From assembly GCA_964016885.1 (NCBI GenBank), contig OZ024741.1, positions 99,758,001 to 99,822,000 on the forward strand: DNA of 64,000 nucleotides, read 5' to 3'. Positions 25,117 through 40,851 of the stretch are shown one piece after another (the first letter of the stretch is position 1; every line of letters starts with the position of its first letter). Below the pieces are notes generated by a model. It did no database searches and had not been told where the DNA came from. It saw nothing but the letters and a program-made list of their open reading frames with translations. Source of the DNA: Eledone cirrhosa (taxonomy: Eukaryota). A program made the translations under genes and the position numbers.

Positions 25117-26061
25117 TACCAAGATTATATATAACGTTATATTCTTTTATCTTTCGTACAGTGAAGCTTTCCAGACAGGTGCATACGTGTGTGCGTGTGT
25201 GTGCGTATGTGTGCGTCTGTGTGTATGTGTGTCTGTGTGTGTGTGGGTGTGTGAGTGTTCGCGTGCCTATGTGAAGAATATGTATTTTTCATATACAAAT
25301 GAGAAGAATAATGAGAAGCTAAATTGTCCAAAACGAGATTTGAAATCAGAACGTAGATTGCCGCAAAGTAACACTTTGACGTTTTGCACTTTACAGCCAT
25401 CCACCATCGTATATTCTGTACGCAATAAGCGCTACACTTCTAAATGTGTAAATGTGTTTGTTTGCATGTATAGGTGTGCAAGTGTTCATATCTGCGGCAT
25501 TGCCTGGAGTAAAGATAAAATAAAGCGTAAATAGCTTCGAAATTCTTCTGGGCTCGGTTAATGCATAGCTAGTAATAAAACAACCCGTCAAGTGTATTAA
25601 ATTTTGCGAATAATTACTGCTTCGGCAACATCATGATTCTATTCTGATGATAATTGAACAATTGCCATTGATAAAAATATAGGATTTGGCATGCGTGGCT
25701 ATTAGAAATTATCGATGGGCAATACCACGGTCGCTACTGAAGAGTAAAATACTAAAATAGAACGAGATATGTGAGATTTAAAAGAAGCATATGAATTGTT
25801 ACACGGACACATATCCAGACACTCATTTTCATATATATATTCACTAACACATACAAACACACAAATAGTTGTGTCGATAAGAATGACAGCACATTCCACG
25901 ACAGAGCCACAGATTAGCCGTAGCCCAGTGTAAAGCTGTGATAGAATATATGAAGAAATTCTCTGAAATATCCGCGTATGTATATACATAGATTTACATA
26001 CTCATATACTGACACGAAAACACATACACACGCACATGTACATGCACAAATGCACAGATAT

Positions 26062-26109
<48 letters not shown>

Positions 26110-26125
26110 TTATATATATATATAC

Positions 26126-26174
26126 ACTTTTACCTGTTCCAGCCATCAGGCTGAAGCCATGCTGGGGCACCGCC
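26126..26174. repeat. Short fragment of a common Octopus-type interspersed repeat
   Basis: TTTTACCTGTTCCAGCCATCAGGCTGAAGCCATGCTGGGGCACCGCC resembles an abundant Octopus repeat end as I recall it; embedded in (TA)n. Confidence 0.5.
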
Positions 26175-26226
26175 ATATATATAGAGATATGCATATATAT
26201 ATATGCATATATACACACAGAGAAAT

Positions 26227-26289
<63 letters not shown>

Positions 26290-27025
26290 TAAGATCCCGA
26301 TCGCGTACTCACATGATTAGTGGTCTCCTCGGTCTCGGTATGTATTCGAATACACACACACACACACACATATATATATGTATATGTATATACACACATA
26401 TGTAAATATACACACACATATATATATATATATATAAACATATATATATATATGTGTATGTCTATACATACATATATGTTTATATACAGTTATACGTAAG
26501 CACGACATACACGCACACACAGTCAGACATTCGCATGCAAAAACAATATTCCAGTTGTAAATGCACATTTATAACCATTAACTATCCATGCTTGCCTAAA
26601 TATTTCTTCTGGACACGATCTTCTCTGGTATATTTTATCAAGAACTGGTCATCTATTTTACTGCCATGTGGTCAATCCGTGGAATACCAATCATCTACTG
26701 GACAGGCAATCATTGTGGAAAGCCCGCGTCCAGCAGCTGGCTAGCAAACAACTGCCCATTTAACATCTAGCAGTAATATGACTTCTCTAGAATTACAACG
26801 TCTGCTTGTAATAAATAGTAAAATAGCAAGAAGTAATCGCAGCATCGGTATAGTGGTTTTGGCAGCACGGCATCAGTCTTGATTTTCAGGATTCTGATGT
26901 ATTAGATCCATATTTCTCATACGCGTTTTGAGTATTTGTATGTGTGTCTGGTTCATATATATATAAATCTCTCTCTCTCACATTTTCTCTCTCTCTCTCA
27001 CCCTCTTTCTCTCATTCCCTCTCTT

Positions 27026-27062
<37 letters not shown>

Positions 27063-27078
27063 GAATATATCAATATAT

Positions 27079-27122
<44 letters not shown>

Positions 27123-27130
27123 TTTTATAA

Positions 27131-27196
<66 letters not shown>

Positions 27197-27798
27197 GTGT
27201 GTGTGTGTGTGTGTATACATCCATGTCATGGCGCTTGTTTGTGTCAATGATTTGTATTTTTATTTTAGTTATTATTATTGTTATTTTCGTTTTACTTTAG
27301 ATTTTAGTTTACTTTACTTTTCTATATACATTCATAGCTGGAAATAGGCAGAATTGGTCGCCTTCTGTACATACTGATGATGCGGGGAGGCGGCGGATAA
27401 ACCAGTTAACCTTGAGGCTAAATCATACATCTTACCTAGCGCTACAGTACAGCTTCCTGCAAACGTACAGCTTCCTGATTCATTACGGCTTTAAAAAGTC
27501 ATGTTTTGAAAAGATTAATTAACCTTGTCACACGTATAAGTCGCTCTTCGAAATGCATACACATACATAAACAACCCTTATCCACATATAAATACATGCA
27601 TATTTTTATATATATATATATATATACACATGTGTGAGTGTGTGCATGCATGTATAGGGATATATACATCTATATGAATATACACATATATATGTATATA
27701 TATATATGCATATATATATATATATGTACACATATACATACATATATATATACATAAATATCCATACATATATGTATATATATATATACATATATATG

Positions 27799-27883
<85 letters not shown>

Positions 27884-27979
27884 CAAGAGTGAAAGAGAGG
27901 GAGTATAGTAAGATGCATAAATGTCTCAACAATAGCTGGAGAGATAGATGATATTATATATATATATATATATATACAC

Positions 27980-28014
<35 letters not shown>

Positions 28015-28309
28015 GAAGGAGATAGAGATTTACATGTACATTGTGAAAGTGGGACTGGAGGCTGGTGAAATCATCTCTTGAAACTCATACACACACATAG
28101 ATAGATACAGAGAGACAAACACACAGGCAGGCCGACAGACAGACAAGATGAACTCACTACCACAATACAGTCTTGATGTTGCCGGAAGCTCATTGGCATG
28201 ATTTATATTAGTGGTGGCAATTCATTCGACAATTGGTCTAAAGGAGCAAGGGATTAATAGGATGACCACATTCCCTTATCACCCATAATATACGAACAAA
28301 CGCCTACCC

Positions 28310-28382
<73 letters not shown>

Positions 28383-28387
28383 TATGC

Positions 28388-28432
<45 letters not shown>

Positions 28433-28497
28433 CGTATATATATGTATGTGTGTATATATATATATATATACAAATATATCTATATCTATACATACAT

Positions 28498-28560
<63 letters not shown>

Positions 28561-28887
28561 TATAGATATATAGATATATATATATATATATATACAAACG
28601 TACGTCTGTGTGTGTGTACGTATGTTACATCCCTGTGTGTATGAATAAACCATTAAGTCATACGACCAGAAATCTATTCATCCAATATAAATTGGTATGA
28701 GCTTCTGTTATCTCTCAGAATGTAGCATACAATGGGATATCAATTAATGGTAGTAAAGGCACATGCACTTTTACTGCACGTCGTTCACAACTTCCTAAAA
28801 TAGATTAGACCCATCCATATGCACATACATATACGCCGAAACAATCACAAGCACACACATATATATATTTATTCATTTATATATATG

Positions 28888-28967
<80 letters not shown>

Positions 28968-29239
28968 TTAATACAATAACAGAGATAGTTTAAAGCTAAT
29001 CTCTGACTGGTAACCATCTCACTCAACAAACATTAGGTTATATTTTAATATAAACCCAATTTAAGTGTTTGGGGTGCTAACAATATGTATTATGTGGAAA
29101 AGCCAGTTGTATTATTTTATGAGATATAATTAAAGTTAAAATATATCTCTCTTTCCAAACAATTGTTTCATTATCACAATATATATATTGTATATATATA
29201 TATATATATATATACAATATATGTATATATATAAATATG

Positions 29240-29336
<97 letters not shown>

Positions 29337-32194
29337 GTATATATGTATATATATATATTTATAAAGTTATTGTAGGAAGAAGATTGTTTCAATCATCACC
29401 CTTAGAATCCTGTTTGTATTTAAATGTTTACCATATACAATTGTCAGCATTAACTTAAATCCATTTATAGGTCTATTATGCGATACTGTTTAGTATTATA
29501 CGCAACTCTACAAACCCTTAAGTAATCAAGTTCACGTGTGTATACAAGAGAGTATGCATAGATATACTCATAAATGCAATACACATGTATATTCGTAAAT
29601 ACCTGCTCTATGTAAATATGCCCATATGGATATATATGTTCTGATACAAATGGATTTATCTATTCAAACATTACATTTGTTAGCAAGAATATATAGTAGT
29701 AAATAGAATTTATTCAGATTTTACAATCCTCTTCATACAATATATAACGTGAGATATACAGCAATATGCGCCATGTGTATTGTGTAAGTTGCGGTGAAAT
29801 TAGAAAATAATCATAATCGAAAACATAATAGATTATATGTGAAATATGTGGGATAAGTTTACCGCTGAAATGCTTGTTTAAATGTATTCTGATTAAACCC
29901 AATTGCCCTATAAGGAAAATTATGCACACTGGAAAGCGAAATGATAACTCACAAAAATCGTTTCATATGTATGTAAGTTATACATAAATAAAGAGGCTAA
30001 TGTGACCTCTCGAAATTGACAGAACTGGCGAATTCACCGCAGAATTGGTCAGTGTTTCAGAATTCTTATAATATAGAATTGTTATTTTGTTTTCATTTCC
30101 CATGTATGTAATAGCTGCCACTCGTACATATGTAGCAACAATCTACAATTTAAATATCAAGAAAGCAGATGTAATATATATCAACAGCAAGAGAAACATT
30201 CTCTAAATTATTACAGCAGCTTCACTGAAGTCCTAAACGCATGAAATATATTTTGCAATTTATTCTAATGTCAAATACATAAGAATTGTTTTTTATGTTC
30301 TGTCTCTCACATTATATCATTTTGTATCTAAATAATACGGCTGTCTCTTCCCTAAACTTGATATCTTATTTCTGCAATATTTCCATAAATATGATTTTCT
30401 AATATGCTTATCATAATTTATACTTTTTTAAATTTTATTTTACCTGATATATGTAACTGCTCTCTTTTTCGACATCTGACGTTTTAATATCTACTTATGT
30501 TCACCATTCTGAATTTTCAAATCAGATAAATAGTCAAGGTTTATAACATTAAATAAATACTAATTTATAACACATTTATACGATATTATATGAATGTTAT
30601 ACCATTGTAAAATGGTAGGGAAATTGTCTCTTTTCGATGTCAACGTTTCCGATAAATCATTTAAATGAACCTTTGGTTCTTCGCTCCAACAACAAGAAAG
30701 TTACATGCCTGTAAGATTGACATGAAATGTATATCTGCTGTAAAGTATTTAATAACTCATCAGATCATGGAATCCTGTTATGGTACTTGCTTGATTTGAA
30801 TTCTACAAATCATCAACAAACGAAATAATTGGTACCTATTGGAGAAAGTTCATGAAGAATCAGAGAGAAATCCCCATGACGACCCACAACGTTATTACTT
30901 CTCGGTTTCTTAAAATTTATAAAAAAATAACGAGAAATTATTTACCATGAAATAGGAATATAACTGGTATGAAGACAATCAACTTCACTTAAAATGGCGA
31001 CTTTCCATAGATGATCTGCACGCGATCAATCTGCCTAAATCCAAAAGAAGACTGGTAAATAAAAATAAGACATATGAATCCACATGAAAAACTGCATATA
31101 AACACAGAACTCATCTCCCTCTCTCTCCCTCTATATCTCACTCTCTCTCTCCCTCTCTCTCCCTCTATCTTTCCCTCTCTCTCTCTCCCTCTCTCTTGTT
31201 CTCTAACAAGTGTTACGTAATCCGCTTAAATCCAATTGCGGTAATTGTTATTTCATAACACAGCAATAGATATGTAACAACGTAATTGATATATGTAAAC
31301 TATTTCAATAGGCAATAGAAGTAAAGTGGTAATAAGCTTCACATATATCCGGACACAAATAGAAGCTAGATGATGATGTCATCTGGTTGTGTATTGAAAT
31401 ATGGCCTAAATGCTGCAAATTCGATAACAATCCAAATGTATATTGCTTTCGTTTTTTCTAGTGACACTGAAACTTTGTATTGTGATTTGTGACCATGTTT
31501 TGCTAATATGCCTCAGGTTTAGCGTCATCCACACCATACTCTCTTTCCTGTAGATTATTTCACTTTTGTTCCATTGTTTTCTATCTCCCCCATAATTCAG
31601 CTTCTATGTTCACATCACTTATATATATCATCAGTTTAAGCTCTTTTTTCATACAACCCTTCGCATGATTTCTTATTCTTTCTTTTTTTTTATTTTTCCC
31701 TTTCCACACACTCCAAATTACATCATCTATCCCTCAACATTTTTCTTTATTTCAAACTGATTCTTTAGCATTGATCATGTGGGACTGTTGCACATTTGAT
31801 GTCTTCATATTCTGGCGTGAAAAAAGAAGAGGCTGTTTAACATATGATACTAACTACTGGTTAGTGATCATATTTTTTACATAAATTACTAAGTGATAAA
31901 CACATATTTTGACTAAGGAATTAACAAGAGAAAATCCAACGGCTCAACATTCAGTCTTGTTTCAGGCAATGCATATAATATATGATGTTCCATTTTCGCA
32001 ATGTTACAGAGACAATACTTTGTCGTTTTCTCTCCTTATTCATGGTGCGAATGTTACATATGATGCATGAGTTGTTAGGGATTTCAGCGATAATTTTGAG
32101 TTTGACTCCTGTCTTTTAAACTTTAACTATTTAGACGAGAGGAGTGGGATAATGTATGAATAAATCAATCTTATTGTGATACAAAAATACTAGT

Positions 32195-32560
32195 TACGAC
32201 CTTTACATTCCGAGTTCAAATCCTGCCAAGATTAACTTCTCCTTTCATCCTTACGATGTCGATAAAATAAAGCACCAGTAACTTACATGGGTCGATTTAA
32301 TCGACTTTCTCCTCCCCGAAAATTGTTGGCCTTGTACCTAAATCAGAAACCATTATTATTATTATTACTTGGGTGGATTGGCAGTATCGGTAGAGGGTCG
32401 GGCGCCATGCTTTGACGCATAGAGTTACGGCTCATGCCATTCTGAGTTCAAATCCTGCCGAGGTTAACTTTGCCTTTCATCCTTAAGGGGTCGATAAAAT
32501 AAAGTACCAGTAATGCTCTGGGTAATTGCTGGCCTTGTGTCAAAAGTAGAAACAATTATT
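32195..32560 (+). mobile_element. Two tandem tRNA-derived SINE copies (about 32195-32355 truncated; about 32370-32560 with head)
   Basis: GAGTTCAAATCCTGCC B-box, CCTTTCATCCTTA..G.GTCGATAAAATAAAG.ACCAG core and (ATT)n tail. The core resembles the Meta/MESC SINE domain (tentative). Confidence 0.85.
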
Positions 32561-32689
32561 TGACTATTTATCACGAGCAGCTTTATGTCACGTTAAGCCG
32601 GTTATTTTTGTGGAATATCGGGCTACAACTAATAACTAGGGCAAATCCAACATTTTCTTATCATTCCTTGCCATTTCACTACTGCTGGT

Positions 32690-33330
32690 AGTAGATAACT
32701 TTTCTCAATATGCAGTCCCTTCCCTTCTGGAATGCTTCAATCTTTGATGGAAAGTCAAGTTTTGACAGTTAGTTTTCAAGGTCCTTTGTCATCAGGTCAA
32801 GAGCAGAAATCACCACTAGTACAATGGTGATTGTCTGCAATTCATTACTTCGGCATTTCAATATCTCTTATTCTATGTCAGTAAAAGCTCCTACTTTCTC
32901 CGCTTTTCATTAAATTCTGGTTTCGAAAGGAAACGTTAGAGCTATGAGTACAGTTTCATCCCTTCTTTTCAATTGCAACAATATCCGTTTTGATGTGTTC
33001 AATCTTCACGTCACTCTGAATTGAGAACTCCTATAAGAGCTTTATCTTATTGGTCTCTAGCACTTTCATATCATTTTGACATCCTGTTCATAGTTGTTTT
33101 CTGCACATGAAAATCCATACTTTTTACACAAGTTCCAGTGCAACATAGTGCAACCTTATCATATCAGCCTTTTTTATAATCATTCTCGGTTAACTGCTTA
33201 CACACTGGTTTCTCATCTCACATTCAGCATGCAGCTTGAACAAAATCCTTGTCTATGTTTTCATTACACCCCTAGTTTTTATGGCTTCACCTTGCGCTGA
33301 TAATATAAGTCCTCCCGTTTCTTTCTTAAG
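32690..33330 (-). mobile_element. Heavily decayed R4/Dong RLE C-terminal fragment
   Basis: Minus-strand pieces LHWNLCKKYGF...KVLETNKIKLL..FSIQSDVKIEHIKTDIVAIEKK match the RLE domain pattern (W.F.IQTD..I.H.RPDIV). Confidence 0.65.
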
Positions 33331-33669
33331 GTAGCCTTTCCGTAACCATAATCATCGATTTTTGTAATTACATACGTTTCTTGTTTCCTGAATGCAAGGC
33401 TTTTTCATTATATGTATATTTAAGCTTTTCAACAATCTTATTATTATTAAATATGGTACGATCAAGTGGTTCTTTTTTAGAAGAGGAAGCATATATATTT
33501 CGGACAACATCCATTATATGTTCAAAGTCAACAAATTTATATATATGTTGAACACATTTCCTCAAGTTAATTGAAATAAGACGTTAAAATCCTGCCTAAA
33601 ATCATATCAAAGACCTATACATGATTCGAGCTCCCATACCTTCATATGCTAATCACATAAAAGAAACAA

Positions 33670-33850
33670 TGGCAGTATTGGTAGAGGGTCGGACATACTT
33701 TGCAGCAAAGAGTTACGTCCCTTTATGGTCTGAGTTCAAATACCGCCGAGGTTAACTTTGCCTTTCGTCCTTACGGGGTCGATAAAATAATGCACCAGTA
33801 ATACACTGGAATAATTGCTGGCCTTGCGCCAAAAGTAGAAACAATTATTT
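33670..33850 (+). mobile_element. tRNA-derived SINE
   Basis: Same head, B-box and core as the 32370 copy. Confidence 0.85.
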
Positions 33851-34517
33851 AAATAATTCATAGAGGAGTTTCTGTTCGTTTTTATGTGATTTTATATTAT
33901 TTTCTATTCGGGGATTATTCCCTTTAATTATATTTTGCATTATATTCACTTTTTTCTTATCTTTGTCATTCAACTGAAAATGGCATTTTGTTAATACAGA
34001 GATCTTGATTACTTACATTTTATGAAAACATTTCTACATACCCATTTTTCTTTGTCTTCTACATTGTGCCCTTTTTATTCAGATTTCGTGTGAATATATT
34101 AAGGTTAATAATTAAACAAAGCAGATATGTAAATATATGGAAACAGGAAAAAGAAATACGAGAAGAATATGAAAGTGATTCAGATAGTTACGTAAACAAA
34201 GAAAGAATAGGCGAGCAGTGAAAGAAAAGAATCAGTTGACAGAGAAATAGACAGACAAAAAGACATCAGAAAGTGAGAGTGGATGTAAAGACGGGGACAT
34301 TTTAAAACATTCAGAAACGAAGAAAATGGAAATGGGTTAGTTCAAGTGGTAAAGTATTGTGAAGAACATGGAGGGAATGCATGCGTATATATTATTTACA
34401 GAGTGATACTCCCCCTCCCTCATATACGTATCTATATGTATATATGTGTATATATATATATAATATATATATAATATATATATATAATATATATATATAA
34501 TATATATATATATATAT

Positions 34518-34628
34518 ACGTTCCTTTACGCCCTCTACGTCTCTTTCTACGCTTTCTCTCTCATTACCACCTGATTCTGTTACCCGGAGATTTACCCACT
34601 TGCATTGTTGAGGCTTCCAAAACGACCA
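34518..34628 (-). repeat. Fragment of the 45490-46050 element family
   Basis: Reverse complement aligns by eye to 45505-45625 (CGTTTTGGAAGCCTCAACAATGCA...TCTCCGGGTAACA); TA-flanked. Confidence 0.7.
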
Positions 34629-34724
34629 TTTATATATAATAATAAAAAAATTCGTTCTATAAGACTGAATACAATAATATTCGATATCGAATATTATTAT
34701 TAATATTCGAAAAACTCAGATTAC

Positions 34725-34786
<62 letters not shown>

Positions 34787-34846
34787 ATATATATATATAC
34801 ACAAATATATATATATATACAAATATATATATATACACATACATAT

Positions 34847-34971
<125 letters not shown>

Positions 34972-35199
34972 AAGAGAGAGGGATAAGGGAAAGTGATTAA
35001 TAGAGAAAGAAGAAAGGGAGAGAGTTGGACTTATTCAATCACACTTCTCAAACCAAAATATGAGCCTGCTCGCTAAAGTTCGAAGCAGATTTTTATCGAA
35101 CATATGAAATTGAAACAAAATGACAATTTATATTCGTTAGTAGAACATAATTGTCCAACCCCATCAATGAACGCAATATAACAAATCATATTAACGTCT

Positions 35200-37750
35200 A
35201 TTAGCAATGAATAGTTAGTTTTGTATTAGAGAAAGAATTCGCAAAAGAACACCAAATCAGCTGTCTACCATGGGAGATTAATGACTGTCTTCTTCTAAAC
35301 TGCAGATAGAATAGCGAGCATTGTCGCAACCTATACGCCAGGGTCGAGTTACAATGACGTATTGTGACTAGAATTCTTTGACGACCTACAATCAATTAAC
35401 AATAAGTTAGTTGCTACGAAGCAACATTTCTATGATTATCCGAGCCGTCAACAATAATGTATTCCATGAATACAAGATCTCGCGATATGTTACAGGAACA
35501 AACGGTACTCAGAAATTAAAAGATCGTGACTAGATGTACTACACTTGCTTCTGTAAAATAACTAGTCCCATGGTAACAAATACTTTATTCGAATACCTAA
35601 AGAAAATACTAGTAACCACTCAATCTAAAACATATGTTTATCATGGATGCAATTCTTCTTTTTCTCTCTTCCTCTTTTCTAATCGGGAAGAAAAAAAAAT
35701 GACAGAACGTAAAGCTAGGCTGACCTTTTTAGCGCTTTAGAAATGTATTAATCCCACAAAAAACAGCAACAGAAATAGAAACATTATCGTAAACGATATG
35801 ATGTCAAAGACATTCCTGATAAAACGCCAGAAACGAATGCAAAGAGCCGATACCAACATTGTTTCTATTGGTCTTTCTACTCCATGATGGACGAAGTAAG
35901 TTGCCTAAAGATCATCATCATCATCATCACCATCATTTTACGTCCGTTTTCCCCTTCTTGCAAGGATTGGACGGGTCCTATTCAGCACAGCATCTCTCCA
36001 CTTGTCACGGTCCTTCGTCGTCTCCACGGTGAGTTTCAACGATCTGAGGTCTGCTCTCACCACCTCCACCCATGTTTTTCCTGGTCTACCTCTACTGCGT
36101 CTTCCTTCTACTGAGATTTCTGGCACTTCTTTACCCAGCGGTCATCCTCCCGCGCATCACATGTCCATACCATCTCAGCCTACTCTCTTGCACATCACAT
36201 CGTATCCCTCTTATACCCAGTTTCTTTCTCAACTCGTCCATGCTTTCACGCACATTGACCTTCCACATCTAACAGAGCATGCTTGCTTCATTTCTCTCCT
36301 GCAGTCGCATATCCTCTGCAGTTGCTGCCCATGTCTCACTACCATGCAGCATCGCGCATCTCACACAGGCATCATATAACCGTCATTTCGTACGCAGGGA
36401 GAAACCCTTCTTTGTCAACAGAGGAAGCCGCTCCCTAAACTTCTTTCAACCCGTCCTTATTCTAGATACTATGGCCTCGGAACACCCCCATCCCATGCTA
36501 ATCTGATCACCTAGGTACTGGAAGCTATCAACCACTTCTATAGAACCCACCTGCATTTGAAAAATGTGTCTATCACTGCGATTACTACTGCCAGCTTTCC
36601 CTGTACATCTACTGCATACATAGTTTTCCATACCTGTTAGTTTGCCGTTAGTTCCCTACCTGTTAGTTTGCCGTCTGTCCGACTACATCTCTTGTGTATC
36701 CAAGATCTGCATTGCGTTCATTTTATGTACGTGAAATATAAATATATTATTTTGTTGCAGGATAAAAGAAACTTGCCACGTACAAATTCATGACCTTGGT
36801 ATCTTAATTGTATCACGTTTCTCAGAAGATTACTTGCCGATAATGACCTGAGTAAAATAGTGAGAGGAGCCTCTTGACCGATTATATAATAGCTGTGTAT
36901 GTGGGTTTCAACAAACACGCCAAAACTTGTTGACTTAAAAACGCGATATCTATGCTTGTAAAAAAAAGAAAACAACTATTAGAGCAATGTTGAACAACTC
37001 AGGTGTGTATTGTCGAATTAAACGAATATGAGCAAATTGAAAAAAATAATCAGCCAAACCAACACTGAAACACATAAGGAAAGAAATAGAAATACCAGAT
37101 TTTGATTTAAATAAACACAATCAATCTATTTTTGAATCTGTCCGTGAAATAGAAGGGAAAACATGAAAAGGATTTATAGTGCTTTAAAGAGGAACCAGTA
37201 GTAAGACATAGATAGATGTGAAGTGTTTCAATTTTGAAAAGATTATTGGATAAAAAAATATAACATCAATGCCGCCACACAAAACTAGAAAATACTATCA
37301 GGAAACACATATGGTCTTAATCATGCGGAACCTGATGCAAAAATTCAGAAAAATTGAAATAAATAAAGAAGGTAATAGAAAGAAGAAAATGGCGTAAAGC
37401 CTCCGTCTATAGGACAGGCCAACATAAATATTAATACACTAGGAAATAACATTGTCATTATAGTACATTACACTTACTATTGAACATAGAATGAAATGCA
37501 AGAGAGATACCAAATGATTGGTTGTGTATGCTGGTAACCCCAATATATAAAAAAGAAATCTGAAAATTAAAGGAGGCGGTTTTTTCCCCACGAATACTTG
37601 CTATTAGGAAAAGTGTTTAGTTGAATCCTCTTTGTCAGAATTAAAAGTGAAACCACTGAAGCAAATATAGTCAATATGGTTTAAGGTCTAGTAGAAGCAG
37701 AGATAGTGCATGTTCATAGTTAGGTTCTATATCAGTTTAAAATGTCTTCT
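35200..37750 (+). mobile_element. Old decayed APE-type (RTE-like) LINE, interrupted by a younger minus-strand RTE
   Basis: Residual peptides GRLMTVF...ASIVATYTPG...EFFDDLQ (APE, about 35270-35395), REIPNDWLCMLVTPIYKK (pre-RT, about 37503-37555) and a QYG..RSSRS remnant (about 37672-37700). Boundaries approximate. Confidence 0.55.
35911..36716 (-). mobile_element. 5'-truncated RTE-clade LINE with (ATG)n tail
   Basis: QCRSWIHKRCS...YVCSRC, IEVVDSFQYLGDQISMGWGCSEAIVSRIRTG and VEGRRSRGRPGKTWVEVVRADL...DRDKWR are RTE-type motifs. (CAT)n at 35911-35935 is the tail. Confidence 0.88.
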
Positions 37751-37959
37751 ATCTACTTCAGGAAAAAGAAAAAATACTTGGAAAGATTACATGCTGAAAC
37801 CGCAGACATTGACCTCAATCATATACACACACACACTGCATCTCATCCTATATCGAATGCACTGATTTGTGGTCTTTCCAGTCCTCGCACACACATATAC
37901 ACACACGTACACCCCCCCCCCCCATATATATATATATAAGTGCGTGTGCCTGTCTTTTT

Positions 37960-38006
<47 letters not shown>

Positions 38007-39119
38007 ATGTGTGTGTGTGTGTGTGTCTGTGTTTCTGTGTTATACATACATACGCACACACACATTTGTATGTATATGTATATTCATATTTATATATATA
38101 TATATACACACACACACAATCATGCCATAGGAGAAAGTTAGAAGATCGGAGATGGATGGTAAATGAAGATTTGAATGATAATCATTATCAAAATGTCCAT
38201 GTAACTCTAGTGTTTATCATTCATTTACAAAAAACAAACTGGAATAAAGTTACTCGAATGTTCTCTAATTTCATTCATTATCTCAGCCATCAGTCGTGAT
38301 TGAAATTGTCATTGTAGTTGATGCCGATGTCACTGCTGTTTTCAAGAAATCTAATATCCAATGGTCGCCATTTTGATTACTTTTGTTTTACGTCAGTAAG
38401 CTGTTTTTCTTTCCAGTTGCTACATCATACATTTACTTTTCTATTTATATCTCTTCGTACAATGAATATCATTTATAGTATTGTTGCTATTGTCATTGTT
38501 CATATCATATTCTGCTAATCACACAACGTCCCTCAAAATTGCTTCCTTTATGTTTCGCTATAATTCTTTCTTTAAATCTGCATCAATCAGGAATATCATC
38601 CCTGCTCATATAACTCCATCAACTCGATTAAACTAGATTTCAGTTTTTTTTTCCTTTAACTCTGCCAACCCACACGCCGTCCTTTTCGCTTGAAGAAGTT
38701 TTCTCAAAACTCTGTTCTCATGGATGAACAGGAGTATTTCTCTACGAAATTCACTTCCAGAAAAGCAATTTTCCCATATTTTACCAAATCCTAATGCTAT
38801 TCCAGCCCATTCTGGCACAATAGATCAAAATAATTTTTTTTCCGTAAGTAATTTCATGAATAGAAAGATATATTATGACTCAACAAATACGAATGCTACA
38901 TTGTATGGATATATTATGACTATGATAAATGGAGTTCTAAGCATGACCATTCCATATTTGTGAGAAATAGTGTATCTAGAATGAGATTATGTGCCAATCC
39001 CCCTACCTCGGGAACTGAATTCCTGATTAGATTCGAAATTTAAATTTCAAGCATGTTGAAAATTTGAATCGAGATTCTCTCATTCCATTGTAAAGAATTT
39101 TGTTCTGCCCTCTATCTTC

Positions 39120-39173
<54 letters not shown>

Positions 39174-39779
39174 AAAGTTCTATTTAAATTGTTGGGATAC
39201 AACAAGCAAATATTTTTATAACTGATATAAAGCACTCAACAAGTATTTGGAGTAAACATACGATATTAACAAATGGAAACTATATTTATAAAACCATATC
39301 TATTTCATTATACATATTTCAAGGACACATTCTTATATCAACATCATACAGGAATGGGTATACTATTAAACCATTTCTGTTCAGTTTCGTTGTTTGTAAA
39401 CATATATACAAATCAGAATTCTGAGAGATATTAATCGAATTTTCACTACTGCACGATGAATTATGGCACTGTGGATCAATTAGATAAACTAAAAGAAGTT
39501 TAATATTTCATATTTACAAATTAAAATCCTTGCCAACTATCAACGTATCTAAAACGCACACACACACGCACGCATACACACACACCCACACACATATATA
39601 TATATATATATACATAAAATACACGTCTAATAAAAATTGGGTATAATTTATGAAAGCAACAACTGGGAAAGAAATTGACAGAGGTGAATTAGAAAGGAAA
39701 ATATTGGAGAAATAAAATGAAATAAAACAAGGAAGATTGACTCTATATATACACACACACACACTCACATACACACACA

Positions 39780-39889
<110 letters not shown>

Positions 39890-40540
39890 TATATATATAT
39901 ATATATTTATACATATATATACATACATATGTATATATCTGTTTATGTATTTATGTATCTTTATAGCTTAAGCAGGAGAACATATGAAATTTACGTGTCT
40001 GAATCAATCTCTTAGACAATTCAAAATGGTGTCAAGCAATAAATGATGCAAGTCTCAAATTTATATATAGCTCATTCTGGTAGTTCGTGAAATATTGAAT
40101 ATAGAATTTATTAATGCTAGACGCCAAGATTAAACTGAGAATAATAGCTGATTCCAATATTTCACTCAACCACACATAGTTGTATATCAATATTACATTT
40201 TGCATATATCTCTCAGAATATTGTTATATAATAATGATTTCGTTTCGGACTATAAGTATAATCATGTCACCTAAAAACATGGGATAATGGAGAAGGTGAT
40301 CCCTAAAACCCTGATTTGCGTAAATGATGTTATTCCGCCTTGACTACCGTTCGGAGCTGCATCGCCAGTTTCTCTCATCTATTCAGTAGAACAATAGGAA
40401 GATAGCGCGAGCTCCATTTTATTCTCAAGCGCTTCCTCCAACCTCTCCCCCGCTATATGCATCCAATCCTCCCTGCATCTAAAGACATTTTCTCCAATTC
40501 CAATCCCCTCTCCCCTCAATTTATCTTATTTCTCATTCTT

Positions 40541-40576
40541 TCTTCTGGTGAAGGACTCGCGTCCGAAACGTTAAGA
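40541..40576 (+). ncRNA. Minimal hammerhead motif (variant core CUGGUGA) in a PLE 3' remnant spanning about 40330-40680
   Basis: TCTT-CTGGTGA-A-GGAC-TCGC-GTCC-GAAAC-GTT-AAGA with stem I TCTT/AAGA and palindromic AACGTT. A RELHFILK-like GIY-YIG C-terminal remnant lies upstream at about 40407-40430. Confidence 0.65.
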
Positions 40577-40701
40577 CCCTCTTCCTGCTATATCAAGCGT
40601 TAACCTAATATATCCCTTCCACATACTGTACCGATTGTGTTGTTATTTCTGTTTACACACACACACACACATCTATTGTGTATATATCTGATCAAATGAT
40701 T

Positions 40702-40732
<31 letters not shown>

Positions 40733-40741
40733 CAGAGAGAG

Positions 40742-40816
<75 letters not shown>

Positions 40817-40851
40817 GCATCAGAGAGAGCGAAAGAGAAAGAGAGGTATGA

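Noticed and set aside
26036-29458. Many YI/CV/HT/RE-repeat ORFs, also at 34-35, 37-40, 44-45, 51-55 and 59 kb
   Set aside because: Translations of (TA)n, (CA)n, (AG)n and (ATGT)n microsatellites.
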